A stretch of DNA of 63,003 nt, the filler included, from Collodictyon triciliatum (Eukaryota): assembly GCA_043381765.1 (NCBI GenBank). It is 11 parts of 11 records of this genome, joined end to end, with 100 filler letters (N's around TTAATTAATTAA, not from the genome) between each part and the next. Parts side by side here need not be neighbours in the genome. Positions count along the whole stretch, not along the records: positions 11,920 to 17,773 come from JBHJMP010004887.1; positions 17,874 to 23,726 come from JBHJMP010004888.1; positions 23,827 to 29,678 come from JBHJMP010004889.1; 8 more parts are not named here. One strand, 5' to 3'. Position numbers and translations under genes: made by a program. Below, in pieces: positions 12,443 through 27,270 of the stretch. The number at the start of each line of letters is the position of its first letter. Position 1 is the stretch's first letter. The notes below the pieces were generated by a model. That model had not been told where the DNA came from, did no database searches, and saw only the letters and a program-made list of their open reading frames with translations.

Positions 12443-14045
12443 ATGTTTTCCTCCGCCGGCGATACCGGAACTTCACCGAGAGACGAAAAGGACAAAGTGG
12501 ATGTGCTGGAAGATCACATCGTCCGAATGAATCGCACGCGAGCGCCTGACATGGCTCTGATCCGAAAGGGCGTCAAACAGATTCCAGACTCGATTTCACA
12601 GGTGGCTCTTGAGTGAGGATAAAAAATACACTCCCGTTTTTGTTCATTCTATGACCCCCTATTTTTTTCTTTTCATTTTTTTAAAAGACTAACAAGCCCT
12701 TTTCAAGCCGATCAATAAAACAAGCAAAATCATACGGATAAAAAGGGAAGAAAAAAAAAAAAGAGGACCAAACACATTGTAATTGTCTCATTAAGTGAAC
12801 TACCTAGTAATTCGTCGTTCTCTTACCACAGCTAACCCAACTGGAATCGATGGACCTTTCAGAGAATTCTCTTCTCCTTCTTCCCAGGGTATGCTCGGAG
12901 CTCACTCGCCTGTATAAAATCAACCTTGCGCACAACAGACTCACTTCAATATCTTCTGGAATCAGCTGCCTCAAGGTTAGCAAATGTTTGGAATCAACAA
13001 AAATCTCCTTATTCTATCCATTCATCCATTCATCCATTCATCCATTCATCCATTCATCCATTCATCCATTCATCCATTCATCCATTCCTTTTATTCCTTT
13101 TATTCCTTTTTTGCACAAATCCAGCACTGAGCTCAGTAAATCTAGACCCCCTAAACCCAGGAAACAATATTTATACAGTTCCTCAAGGATCTCGACCTCA
13201 CGTCCAATAAGCTCGAGAGCATTCCAGAAGACCTTGGCAAATGCACCGGACTGGCCACGCTCCATGTCAGCTCAAACTTCCTCACCACGCTCCCAATCTC
13301 GTGCTCATCGCTGACGTGTCTGACCATGCTCAGTGCCAGTTGCAACCGGCTTGTCAAGCTCCCGCCAGAAATATCCGGTCTGGTGTCACTGCGCTATCTG
13401 CACCTGTCAAACAACGGCCTTGTCTCTCTCCCTCTCACGCTCGGGCAATTGTCGAGTCTGTGCGAGATGAATATCAGCTTCAACCACGTGGCCTCTCTGC
13501 CTCCCTCTGTGGGAAAGCTCCCCCAACTTCACACTTTGCACCTGGATCACAATGCCCTGAATCATCTCACCTCAGAAATCAAAAACTGCACCGCCCTGAC
13601 CTGCCTGGCTGTTCATGCAAACAAACTCGGGCAACTCTTTGTTGGCATCGGCTCCTTGACCAGACTCAGGGAACTCACCCTGTTTGACAACCAGCTCCAG
13701 GAAGTCCCCGACGAGCTTGTTCACTGTCGCTCTCTGAAAACGTTTCTTGCACAAAACAACAGGATATCGTACCTTCCTGACGGGCTCGGCAACATGCCCC
13801 TTCTCTCGTTTGTCGATGTCCGAAACAACTCCATCTACACGCTGCCGACCTCCATTGGCGGCAACGAGTTTAATCGCATCAGCATGTTCCTTTATTCGGG
13901 AAACCCAGAGCTGGACAAATACATCGGCGATATATCTTTTGCTCTCTTAAGGCACCGATTGAAGGCAAAGGCTGCAAAAGCTACTCAGGCGGCTGGGGCC
14001 GACCTTGTCGACCAGTACCACTCGTATCTCTATTCCGAGCATTAG
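12443..14045 (+). CDS. Leucine-rich repeat protein (SHOC2/RSU1-like LRRs), 3 exons
   Basis: LxxLxLxxNxL repeats in ORFs 12850 and 13326; GT-AG introns at about 12602-12831 and 12976-13178. Confidence 0.85.
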
Positions 14046-14084
14046 CTTTGATACCCACCCCACATCAGCCCTTCATGTCATATC

Positions 14085-14184
14085 AAAACAAAACAAAACA
14101 AAACAAAACAAAACAAAACAAAACAAAACAAAACAAAACAAAACAAAACAAAACAAAACAAAACAAAACAAAACAAAACAAAAC
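14085..14184 (+). repeat. (AAAAC)n microsatellite
   Basis: Direct reading. Confidence 0.95.
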
Positions 14185-14509
14185 AGAGCGAAAAACGAAT
14201 TAAAGACAAACAACCACACACAACATAACACTCAAGTGATCGAAACACGTATATTTTCGCTCACTTGCCGACCACCCAGCTCACTTTAGTGATACATAAG
14301 CTCGTAAATACTCCGACTGGAATAAAAAAAGAAAAAGAAAAAAACAGAGCAGACACGGTATCAAAAGTGTGTGGTTCTCGCCGCATCTGCGTTGTATCAT
14401 GGTTTATTGCGGGTGGTTTTTTTTTTTTTTTGGAAGGATCCGTTTTTACCCAATGAGTACTGACGCTTGAAGATGATGCCTTTATACTCTATATCTAGAG
14501 TATACAGTT

Positions 14510-16915
14510 ACCAGAAGATGCGATTGCTGGACACATCCAAGTATTCGAGGCTCGGGATGTCATAGAGGCAGCTAGGGAATTCCACAAACTGTGTGGACAT
14601 AATGATTAATGGTCGTGCCTGCAAAGCCAATGAGATTCATAGCCGAGTAAAACGTTTTTTTTTTATAAGAAAAAATTTAAAGAAAAAAACAGGTAAGTAA
14701 CAATATGAAGTAGATAAAAAAAAAAGATGCAGACGTGGTTCTTGCTGATGTCGAGGACTTGCAATTTACTCAGTAGTGTAAAGCCCTGGGGTATTGCTGA
14801 TAGCTGTATATATAAAGGAGAGTTATGGTTACCAGTTAGATAATACAGAAGATTGAAAAAAAAAAGCAACTTATTTCACTTGGTATCCAAACTCAACCTC
14901 GTTGTTTGAGACATCTATGGACCTTAAATACATCCACGGTTCCAAGTATATGGATAAATCTCGAATACATTCGTGCTGTAGGACTTTATCAAAGAATTCA
15001 ATTGTTATGTTCGGTCTCTTGCGTTCATAACCTTTGTGAAGAAAAAGATTTCTCAAGGTATCTGGAACTCGTTTGATGAAGGAAACACCGCTATCAAGAA
15101 AACCAATCTCTTTGATATTCGCCAACTCACTCATGGAATTCGGCAACGCACTTACCTGGAGTTAAAAAAGAAGAAAGGGCATAGCTGAAGACTCATGGTA
15201 TGAATGTGTTTATTCCTTTAATGCTAAAATATGTAAAAAAAAAGAAAAGAAAGAAAGAAAGAAAAGGTGTATTTATGACTTCAATTTTCATTCTTTTTTT
15301 TACTACGTATTTGATCAATATGGAAGCATACCGGGTTACCCTGCAGTTGTATTTTTTCAATATTCCTCAATATCGAAATTTGGGTTGAAATAACTGGAAT
15401 AAGGTTAAAGCTAATGTCCAGCGTCTTAAGGCCCTTCATACGAGATAAAAGATTATAGTTTACAGAGTGTAAACGATTTCGACATATGTTGAGCCACTCT
15501 ATGGAGAGAGTGGTACCTGGGCAGTCTGGGAGTTCTGAAATGTTATTCATACCAATATGAAGATATGTTACTTGAGCGAGAGAAAACATCAAATTATCTG
15601 TGATTGTATTAATGCGATTTCCGCTTATATCAAGGCTCTTCAACCTAGCCATATGGCCGCAGATGTTTTCTGAAAAATGAGTCAGCCGATTCAAACTGAT
15701 ATTTAGATTTACCATGTTTGTTAATGTGCCAAGGAGAGCCTCTGGTAAGTGATCTAACATATTATGTCGTAGATTCAGGTGGGTTATTTTAATCAAGGAG
15801 GAAATCTCATTCGGAAGGTAATCTATTTCATTGTTCTCGAGGTCTAGATATTTTATCTGCTTCAATAAAAATAGACCCTCCGTCAATGAATCGATTACGT
15901 TTCCGTTTGCAATTAAGTTCTCCAAGTCTTTCATGTAACCCACCCATTTAGGTATCGACACAAGCTTATTGTTGCTGATGTTTAAAGTTTTGATCCTCGT
16001 AACTAGCGAAAGGTCTGGAAGATCACTCAGGATATTTTTACTGATGTTTAGATGGGTTAAATTTGTCAGTTGAGACAAAGTATTGGGTAGAGTAGATAGC
16101 TTATTTTCATAAAGAGAAAGGTTCTCCAGAAGGGTCAACACTCCGATTTGGTTAGGTAGATACGACAACTGGTTTCGCCCGGCATCAAGGCATTTCAGGC
16201 CAGTCAGAGTTGATATGATTGGAGGGATATATGTGATGTTGTTGGATGAAGCAGACAAACTCTCCATGTTGGTCAACAGCGAAATAGCTTGGGGCAACGC
16301 CTGAAGGAAATTGAACGAGATATTCAAATATTGACAGTTTTTGAAAGAGCTTGCAGATTCCCAATAACATTCTCTTAAATACTCGATTTCCGTGATAAGC
16401 ATATCTTCAAACCCAGGTGGAATCTGAGCGATCATGTTTCCAGACATACGGAATGAGCGCATTTTTTTCAGAGCTGTCATGCCATCTGGGAGATGAGAAA
16501 TCATGTTTAAGCTAATGCGCAGATCATTCATATTTGATAAAAGTGATATCTGGTCAGGTAGTTTTTGGAGCTGGTTCTCCGAAACATCTAGAGCGCATAG
16601 ATTTGTCATTAGACAAATCGTATCTGGCAAGGATGAAAGCCGATTTTTACCAGCTTTGAAAGTAGACAACATGAACAGCTTGTGAATCTGATCGGGCAAT
16701 GAACGTATGTGATTCTCTGAGATGTCCAGGCATTGGATATGAGTAAAGATAACTATGTCATCCAAGAAGCCTTGGAAATTCAACCCAGACAGACTGAGTT
16801 TGGTATGTCCGTCTCCGCTCCAAGTCACATTCCCCCATGTATATCGAACGAAGTTGGTCATTCTCTCCCTGGTTCGAGCGTCTATGCGAGGGTCTTCCAG
16901 GAAACTATAGCTCAT
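14510..16915 (-). CDS. Large leucine-rich repeat protein, convergent with the LRR gene above; termini approximate
   Basis: 544-aa exon with about 20 LRRs, plus downstream exons (LRSIDVSNNE, LQVLDISKNH, LEYLDVSSNRI). Confidence 0.85.
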
Positions 16916-17873
16916 CTGCAGGAGACTCTTGTGTTTTTTTTTTCTCCCTACTCTTGTCTAAGGAATATCTAGTTTTTCTTTTTGGTGTAGCAGTAAGAAG
17001 GAACGTTAACCAAAGTTAACCAAAACTCTATATTTTTATTTATTATTATTATTATTATTGAAACCTTCTGACTCAGCAAATCCTGCGGTGACCAAAATAT
17101 AATGTGTTGGGGGGATAGGGTATGATCGGACGCCCTTTTTTTTTCATTTTTTTTTTCATTCATCTTGTGCCTCGATCGCAAGTCTTTCTTGTGCCTCTCT
17201 TATGCGAGTCTATGGGATCTGCATCGTGTACTTTTGCTTTACTTTGCGTTTCTTTTACCTCACAATGCGTATCATTTTACTTTTATTTTCATTTCATGCA
17301 TTTAGAACCGAAAGGATCTGTTACCACGTGGCACTTCGGTGCAGAATGAATAAGGGTGTGGGCAGAACAGCCTTTTTATAAACCGCGAATTCAAGACGGA
17401 CACAGGCGACACCAGCCTCACACCAAGGGGAGAGTTTGAGATTGATGTCAACGCAATCTCGAATGATATATATATACATGGCAAGTTCCGCGCACTCAAT
17501 CTCAGGAGTGAGGGCCAGGGTTCTATTATCAACTAGAGAATAGAGGAATATGGGTGCCCAACGCCTCGTTTTTTTAGGGGAAAAAATCTGGGAGAAGCCC
17601 CAGTTCTAACGCGAGATATGCATCACAAGGCAAGCATCGATACTACAGAAAAATCTTATACGAACAGGAAAAAAAAAAGATAATCATAGTTTTGGATTGA
17701 AGTAATTCCATGTTGTTTGTAGTTGAGTTGATTTATTGGTTCCTCTTTTTCATTCAAGTTTTTTCCCCCATTTNNNNNNNNNNNNNNNNNNNNNNNNNNN
17801 NNNNNNNNNNNNNNNNNTTAATTAATTAANNNNNNNNNNNNNNNNNNNNNNNNNNNNNNNNNNNNNNNNNNNN

Positions 17874-18680
17874 GCTCCCATCCTTTTGGAATGTGACTTG
17901 TTGCAGGACGAAGGAGCTGCTTCCTTCTCTCGACTTGATGATACAGAAGCCTTTTGCTCTATCCCAGCAAAGTTGGCCTGTAACTGCATGTAGTTGAATA
18001 GACTCGCTTATTTCACATTTTTCATACAGAACCTTCCACCGCGCTAATAGCAGCTCAGGCGTGTTTGGCGGAGGTGATGGGATTCTGCTCTCACAGAGTT
18101 GTGCCTTGAAGTTCGGGCATATGCGATGGATGAGGTGCCACATTCCACGCTGCCAAAATCCTTTCGAATGGATAAGGATATCGGTCCACCATCTCGTCGT
18201 GAGCGATGTCCATGCAATGCCAGGCGTTATGAGTCCCAGCCCTCCCTCCGTAGGTGGCTTGGAGAGCGTCTTGATTTTATATTTTTGATTATTCGTAGTG
18301 ATGAAGTTGCGGTAGATGTCTTCCAGCTCCTTCAGCCTATGGAGATTCGGCAGAGTGCCTTTCATGTTGTAGATAAGGGTTGACAGCATCACTTGGTTCC
18401 ACAACCTTACTTTTCCGACATCTGAGAGATGAAAGTTGCTCCACACTGATATTTTCGACTTGATGTCCTCAACCAGGCTTGTCCATTTGCTATCCGATTG
18501 TGGACCGAAGATGATGCCAAGATACTTGAGTGGATGTGAAGGTGGATTCCGCACTATGTTCCCTTGAAGCATGAATAGGGTCGTAGATAAACATGGAATC
18601 CTTTTCAGCAGTGATATTGGCCACCAGTTTGCGGGGTTGCTCGAGCTTCCTCTCTTTGTTATCAGCCCATAATTCCATTA
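17874..18680 (-). mobile_element. Non-LTR retrotransposon (L1/Tx1-like) ORF2 fragment, 5'-truncated and cut by the contig end
   Basis: RT C-terminal/thumb motifs LKYLGIIF, GKVRLWNQVMLSTLIY and EGGLGL in an intronless ORF. Confidence 0.75.
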
Positions 18681-19704
18681 TCGGTAATAATACAATTGTG
18701 GAATATATTTTATACATATTGTAAAATTATTTCTGATGAATCAATCTTTTAAAATAATAAATATATATAGATTATATATAATTTAATAGATATTATATTC
18801 GTCGCGTGGGACGCGCAATCATTTCCACGAAGTGCGCCAAAGATTGAAGAGATTTAGAAAGTGGCTGTATATAAAGAACACGGGATTCAGTTCACTCGGA
18901 TTCAAGGGATGTGGGATTCGAGGAACACGAAATTCTCCCTGCCGAAAAAAACCCGCAAGCGGGAAGGAACGGTGTAGCCAACGAAATTGCCAATACTGGA
19001 AAATACAGATCCAACATTGGTTGTCACCCCACAGCCCGTTGATGATCTCGACGGCCTTTCGGGTGCTTTGTCCGAGATCTATGTTCAACCCCAACGCTCA
19101 TTTTTGAATGGCTATGTTCCTCAAGTCTCTCATTCTGCAGTCCATATCTATTTTTTCTTTATAAGACACGCATAGACACAACACATCTGTGCGTTGGGGA
19201 AAGATCGGTTATTTTAACTTTCCTCTCTTTTTTTCTTCAACTTTTTTTTAATTTATTGTCAGTGAAGAGGTCTCACAGGAAGCCTCTAGAAATTATCAAC
19301 TTGCTTCTTTTCATCGTCCTTTTTTTTTTTTCTGATAAAGTCAAAGGGGTTTATCAGCTGAGAATTCCTGATCCCCGAACCAAAATATCACCAGCGAAGG
19401 CAAAGGCAGAGTTGCACTATCACAAGTCACTCTCGAAGACTACGTAACAGCCAAAGCCGTTCCACACACACCCAGCAAGGTAAGGAAATAAGAGAAACAA
19501 AAAAGAAAGGAATAAAAAAGGAAAAAAAAAAAAAAAAAGGGAGACCTTTCATGTTCATAAATGAAAAGAATAGAATGATAGTAATCTATATTTCAAATAC
19601 TAATAATACCAACTCTCAATAACTCACATATACCACCGTTCCGCTGACTAGCGCCATCAAAATATATCAAACTTTAAGGAAAACAATATATTTAATTAAC
19701 AGTC

Positions 19705-22700
19705 ATGCAAACACCAAGTGGTTCCTCAGTTGATATTGGATCTGCCGAAGAGATACACCAAACACATCCGCTTGTTCAATCCTCTACACAGCACACCCCA
19801 GGAAACCCAAACCACAATCCTCGCACAGATGTTTCATATGCGGTATCTTCAACTAAGAAGTCATCGCAAGATACACAAATTGATAGTCTTGACAGCCAGA
19901 GTCTCACCCCTCAAACTAACAACCACCGGACTCCAAATTCACTCCTTGGTCCTTCGTCTAAAGGGAGATCGTCACAACCACAATCACAACCACAATCACA
20001 ACCACAATCACAACCACAACCACAACCACAATCACAACCACAACCACAATCACAACCACAATCACAATCACAACCACAATCACAATCACAATCACAGCCT
20101 CACTCACAAACAAAAACACAATTACAATTACAACCTCAATCTCAACCTCAATCTGTACCAAAACCACAATCTCAGCCACAAACGCAAAACCAAGCGCAAA
20201 TACAAACAAAACCACAAAGTCAACCCCGACCCCAAAACCAAACCCAAACCCAAACCCAAACCCAAACCCAAACTCAAACCCAGACAACGGGACAGTTGCA
20301 ACAAAACATACCTTCAAATGAACCAAACACAGGGTTATCTGAAGGCCCGCATCCACCAGATTTTCAAGGCTTGTTGAAAGGAAAAATTCAAAATCCAATA
20401 CAACCACAAAATACAGGGCACTCTAAGTCTAATCCTGACACCACCACCCAGGCAACTATCAAAACGAGGGGGGACGGAAACGAAGAGTGCCACAATGACG
20501 ATTCCCCGTCCGAGAGACCACCATTACAATCAGAAGTGACTTTGCTCGTTACTTCAACACTAGCAGAATCCATTAGTCATCAAAGACCACAATCACAGGA
20601 GCGAATTCATAGAGATTCTCAAAGCCCAATTCAGCCGAATCCTTCATCCAGCTCAAAATCATACGCCCAGCAAATTAACATGCAAGGGACCCATCTGTCG
20701 CTTAAGTTTGATGAGAAAAATTCATCGTCTTTCCATCCAGCTGAGAAAGAACAGCTACAGGTCCAATCCCAGCGCCAACCGCAGGCCCAATCACACCACA
20801 TATCCTTGATCCATATGCGCACACCACCCGGCTCAATAGCCCCCACTCAACACCGTCTTGATGGTTCTGTGCAGAGCCACTCTCATACATCTCCTGATGA
20901 CGGGCAGGTTCAAATCTCGGATCAAACACAAGACCATACCTTGTCGCATGACCACGGCCATGGTCACAGTCAGAGCCACAATCAAAATCACGGCCACAGC
21001 CACAACCACAACCACAACCACAACCACAATCACAATATCATTCATGCACATCCTCATATGCATACCCATCCACATGCTCATTTAATGGGGCACTCGCACA
21101 CCCACACTCATGCTCACACTCTTGCACATATCCCTAGTCACAACCACAACCACAGCCACAGCCACAGTCACGGCCACGGCCATGTTCATGTACACACAAA
21201 TCATGAGTTATCTGCGGTTAACATGTCTCTCACTTCACATATTGAACCCAACGCGAACATTTCGACTTCTGGGCTGTCCCACCAGAACAAGAGGAAGCAT
21301 TCCACGCATTGGGGATATCAGGAGACTGAGGTTCTCATCGCAATTTTTGGGATACATAAGAATGAGTTTGATAGCTCGTATCACAAGGATTACATCTGGA
21401 GGAGGGTTGCTGAGCAGATGACCGAGAAGCAGTACAGGAGAGATGCAGAGCAGTGCCGCAATCGATGGAAGCTTCTAAGGAAGAAATACCGCATGTCAGC
21501 CAAGAAGATGAGACTCACCGGTCCTCTCGATAGAAGCTCAAAATGTGAGCACTACGATTCTATTTTTCAGATTCTTGGTGCTCCCCAAAATCTTGGTAAG
21601 TCTGTTGAATTATACGCATCTTAATTGATGCGTTGTATTATTTCATATGTTTCTTTTTCTGTCTCCTTTTTCTTCATTTTCTCCATTTTCCACCCAAATT
21701 TACCGATTGATTCGACTCATCCATTTTTCTCTTCTTTTTCTCAAAATTTTATTTCAAAATTATTTTCTTCCTTTCGATCTAATGAAGATGATCGAATGTA
21801 TATGCAGGACCCGATAGCCCCGAAGTGATGGAGCCTCAAACTCTATCCATAAGTGGGAATGAAATAACAAATCAGACATCTAGTAAGGAGCGCAATTTTC
21901 TACCAAATTTATTAATTTAATAATCACCAAACACATACTAATCAAAGTATTACTCTATTGAATTACAAACTTTGAATCCCTCAAAAAAATGTCTTTCTTT
22001 TAGGCAATACAATAAACATGTAAATCAATCCATCAATCAAATATTTTTAAAACCATGCAGGGTCCATCCCACCTCAAATCGACATGGATGCAGGGAATCA
22101 TTCCTTTATCTCAGGTGACCAGGACAGTGAGGATGAGTCGAAGAGCATGAAGGAATACAAACGACAGCAAAACGAAATAACTTTCCAACAACTCTTTGAT
22201 GACTTGAAATCAGTAATTCTTTAACATACTTCTGTCCCTCTTGATGAACGAATTGGGTTCCGTTCGCAGTATTATCATTTCGCGCATGTCCACGTTCTTA
22301 TTCTCATTTTAAGCGTATATTAAAGCCTTCCATTAATTTACTTCATTTTTCATTTTTTTTCTTATTCTCTCTTATGATATGCTCGCTAAATGCGTACACC
22401 GACATGCGTCCAAAAAAGATGACAAACATATAACAAGTATACGATTACATTTTTGTATGAATTTGTGTAGGAAATGTTGTATGAGCGCCGTGTCATCATG
22501 GAACAGTTGCGCATCTTGCAAGACAATGTTTCCAACCTGACTCACTTGATTTGCAACAGACTGGATATCCCAATGACATCAACAGTCCCGATTCCACCTT
22601 CATCGATGCTATCAACATCACAAGTTTCTATAGAAGACGGTCAGGAAATCATGCAGGATGTTTCTCGTGACCTTGAGAGCCACGGAGAGCAAAACGGCGG

Positions 22701-22713
22701 AGAGTCAGGATAG
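19705..22713 (+). CDS. Trihelix (GT-1)/Myb-SANT-like DNA-binding protein with Q/P/S and His-rich low-complexity N-terminus
   Basis: HWGYQETEVLIAIF...IWRRVAEQM...RDAEQCRNRWKLLRKKYR motif at about 21300-21490; later exons at about 21809, 22061 and 22471 (coiled coil). Confidence 0.8.
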
Positions 22714-23655
22714 ACAATACCTGCCTGCAAAATGCTTGATATTTTTGTCGCACGTTAACTTTATTCTCATTCTTTTATCATCATTTTCCAATTCACTATT
22801 TCCTTTTTTTTTTTAATCATGAATACTCCTTCACCTTTTTTTTTCGTCTTTCTCCATATACCTTTCTCTCATCTTCTCCATATCGACATTCCTTTTTTTT
22901 TTTTCCAACTTTTAGTTAATCTTCTATCTTTTATGTCAGTTATACAATGAAAAAAAGAAAAAAAGAAAAAAAGAAAAAAAGAAAAAAAGAAAAAAAGAAA
23001 AAAAGAAAAAAAGAAAAAAAGAAAAAAAGAAAAAAAGAAAAAAAAGTGGAGGAAAAAGACACTCATTTGCTTTTCGGTGCGCTGACACCTTCCCGTTCAT
23101 CGTCAGTTCTGGCTCCTTCAATTTCTTTTAATTAACTGCACTTTTCAATGCTGCCTACTTAACGCCGCATCATTGATAAATTTGTGGTGATCACAATGAG
23201 AGAGACAAACTCGAGAGGAACAATAATCAAAATAAAAAAAAAACAATATTACAAAGTCTCCTTTGCTGAGAAATAATAAACACGGAGAGAAAAAAAATAC
23301 ACCTTCTCCAGAATATAATATTATTACACTGGGGATCTTTTCTTCTTCTCCTAACCCCACACTCAGAAGTCGGAAAAAAAAGAAAACACACAAGTGATCG
23401 GAAAGAGGGATCCTGAGAAGGACGAGAGCGCCTACCAGGAGATCGACGCCACAGCCCTGCCCCATGGAAACGCCTACTGATCGTACGCAAACTGAAAAGG
23501 CCGACGCAGCCAATGCAGAGAGCGAAAAGGTCACTTTACCAAATCCCTTTCAACACAGGTTATGCACAGCGACACACCGACGATCGAGACGCCAGCTGCC
23601 ACCGACCCGTATGTACAACAACCTATGAATAAGACGGAGCGAGCTCTTTGAAACA

Positions 23656-23726
<71 letters not shown>

Positions 23727-24794
23727 NNNNNNNNNNNNNNNNNNNNNNNNNNNNNNNNNNNNNNNNNNNNTTAATTAATTAANNNNNNNNNNNNNNNNNN
23801 NNNNNNNNNNNNNNNNNNNNNNNNNNAAAACAAAAACAAAAACAAAAACAAAAACAAAAACAAAAACAAAAACAAAAACAAAAACAAAAACAAAAACAAA
23901 AACAAAAACAAAAACAAAAGAAACAAAGAAATAGTACGGTGTGCTTTATGATCATAGCCCAGGGACAGATGATGATCCAGCACGAACAGGGAGACGCTCA
24001 CGCACACACTCAACTGTCTCGCTACTTCCGCAAGGTTGTTTGTCACTTTGTCTGATGGCGTGGGCGCACCTGCCTTGGCTTCGCTCTCGCTGGCGGCTGC
24101 ACCTTTCGCTGAACATGTCCGAAAAGGATAAGGATTCTGTCGTCGCCATTCAAGAAGCAGAATTTGTGCGAAACATACATATCTGGGATTTATAACAATA
24201 ATCAACTTTAGTTCTAAAAGTTCGCAATTTTTATGCAATACTCTTACTAGTTTAGAATATATTATAGAAAGGATTGTACATCGATTCACCTTTGGTGGCT
24301 GCGATCATCAGATTACACGAAAATTGTCGTTTTAAGCGGAGAATATATTGAGCTTCTTTCGTCACATAATTGATATAAGCAATACATAAAATGGACTTGC
24401 CTACAAAGTCACTAAACCAAAAGGTTATACGCAATTAACGACCAAATGTATAATAGTTATGACTAGTTCATCTCAGATGAGTAAATTTTTAATGAAACAT
24501 TTAATTTCCGCATTAAATTTGTCTGTGCAGTGAAATCGGTCGCATTTGGTAGCTGGCGAGTGAGCATTGACGTGTATCATTTGTGGATCGGCCTTTGTCG
24601 AGGCGCATCAGATATCGATCAAAACAAACACTCGGCCAAAACTCCCAACGAGTGATCTGCGTCAATGCCACGCAGTAATCGGTACAAAACAATGCAACAC
24701 AATGAAGCTCCACGCTTAGGGAGGCAGAATGCGTATGGTGTTTAGAAATAAGCAAAACTCTCATGTGACACAAAGCCACGCAACCACGCAGGCC

Positions 24795-27051
24795 ATGAAC
24801 AACGGGCGATCGCTTTCTGCCTTCCGCTTGTTTGGCTTCTTGCAGAGAGTGTGGAGAGCCGCTTTGCGACGGTCCCTGAGTGGATCTCAGTATGCTCTTG
24901 TTCATTTCCTTGTTCATCTTCGCTTCCTTTTTCATTTAGTTCATTTATTTTACTTTTCAAAGTCAAGTTTAGTTTCATTATGCTGATGTTCATTTTGATT
25001 TTGATTTCTTTTACTTTTTAAATTCAGTTTATTACTTTCCCTTTCTTGTATTCACGCCATCATTATGTCACGAAATGATTTTTTTTCTGAGGCCTGTAAT
25101 TCGGACACTCTGGTAATATTTCGATGATTTTTGGTTATTAGGGGATTCAGCTCGATTTTCTCGTCGATATTCCTTCTTTTTGCTGCTTTTGCGTGGAACC
25201 GAAGACAAGCTCCACATCCTTTGCGCATTGCAGCATCTCCTTATGTTCCTAGAAAAAAGTATTCAAGCCATATTTTACGTTATACTACACTTAAGAGAGT
25301 CATATAGTTTATAGTTTTCCTTTCAGTCTGTCATTCTCTTCTATTTATTACATCCCATATGTAAAGGAAAAAAAATTACATCTCACATAAACTTGTCTAT
25401 TTCAGAGTAATTTCTAAGGCTCAAAATAGCTCCCGCTCTGAGTTTTTTTTTAATCATTATTATTTGTTTTTCTATTTTCCAGACAAAATGGTGTATCAAA
25501 GTCACCACCCTTCGCTGTGTCACAGACCCAGGTACGATATCTTTTACATCAGCCCCATGTACAGATCATCTCAGAATATGCATGAATTTCTAATTGAAGC
25601 CTCGAATAGCGTACGTTATCATCTTCATCCCTCTATTATATTATTTTCATATTTTTATGACTCAAAGGGCCCCCGCGCTACCATGGAAGATGCGTATTCA
25701 TGTGTAACTGAAGTGGACATGAAGATCCCGTACTTCAATCACGTGTCTCTATTTTCCGTGTTCGATGGCCATGCAGGCAAAGTAAGCAATTTATTTATGA
25801 GTCCACTATCTTATGGGAACGCTTTACTTAGCGAGACATACCTTTCCTATTTCACTCAGAAATTCACTACATGCGCAATTATTTTACAACGAAACCAGCA
25901 AGGCCTAGTATTTTGCTTATTACGTTATATCAGCAAGCAGCCGTATTTGCACAGGACAACTTGCACAACAACATCCAAAGGGAAATTCATCGAATGGGGT
26001 CTCAAAACCCCAACTTCGACGTCAGAACGGCTGTACGTAGTGGATTCCTACAAACCGATAGAGATTTTCTCGATAAAGCCGACAAACTTGGGTATGCATG
26101 CGAAAAAAATTTCTCGCAATCGTATGTCTATGCACTCCTATGTTTCCCCTCTCGAATGTAATTCATAAATATGGTGGAAACATGATGTAAACATGCTGAC
26201 ACATGTTTTTTTTTTCTAGTAAACTTCTATGTTTGTAATTTACTTCATCTAAATGTCAGTCCTCCTACAAATTTTCAATACTTTCCTCCCACACAAAACT
26301 CAAGAAACAAACAAAAAAATGCCTGCTTAGTTGGCCGGACGGTTCTACATGTGTCACAGCCATGATACTACCACATGGTGTCTTGGTGGCAAACATCGGA
26401 GACTCAAGGGCTATCCTGTGTTATGAACCATTTCCATTTGCAGACAAAGAAGACGCTTTGACTCCTACAGAAAAATGTAAAGTAATGCAGGTGTCCATTG
26501 ACGACAAGCCCGATCGCCCTGATGAAAAGAAGCGTATCGAAGACAGTGGCGGATTCATACACTTTTTTGGATGCTGGAGGGTCCAAGGGATTTTGGCCAC
26601 CTCCCGTTCTTTTGGGGACCGAGAGCTGAAGCGGTACGTGATTGCTGAACCTAGTATGATTGAGGTTGTTTTCTCCGAGTCTGATGATGGAAAAGACTTT
26701 CATCGAGACGACTCTGGTGCTGGTGCACTCCTGATAGGAGACACAGAGAAATCAATCGCTACGAGTTCGAGTTTTTCTGAAGAAATCACCGTAGACACAA
26801 ACAGTCCCGGGATTGTTGGAAGTGGGGAATCCTTGCGCTACCTGCGGGGTAGCCCGCTGTTTATGGTTATGGCATCGGATGGTCTCTGGGATGTAATGAG
26901 TAATCAGGATGTTGCTAACTTCATAATCGACCGAATCAATTATGAGAACATGGGTACTAACGACCTGGTGGCGCGTGCTCTTCAGATGGGGTCGTCAGAT
27001 AATATCACTGCGGTAGTCGTTGACCTGCGGGGCCATAAGGCACCCGGTTAA
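24795..27051 (+). CDS. Protein phosphatase 2C (PPM family), multi-exon; start tentative
   Basis: Motifs RATMEDAY, VFDGHAG, ANIGDSRA, KPDRPDEKKRIE, SRSFGD, ASDGLWDV and GSSDNITAVVV. Confidence 0.92.
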
Positions 27052-27239
27052 ATCATAGAGGCAATAGAGGTAAGTTAAAAAAAACATCATAAAAGGAAAT
27101 CATACAAAGCTATTTTAACTCTGGTTATTTATCACCCACCAGACTTGGCCATGGTATTCCCATCTCATATCTTTTCAGTGGGCTGCCTCCACGTTATCCA
27201 GGGAATACAATTTTTTTCTCTGAGCCGCCCCCCCCCCCC

Positions 27240-27270
<31 letters not shown>

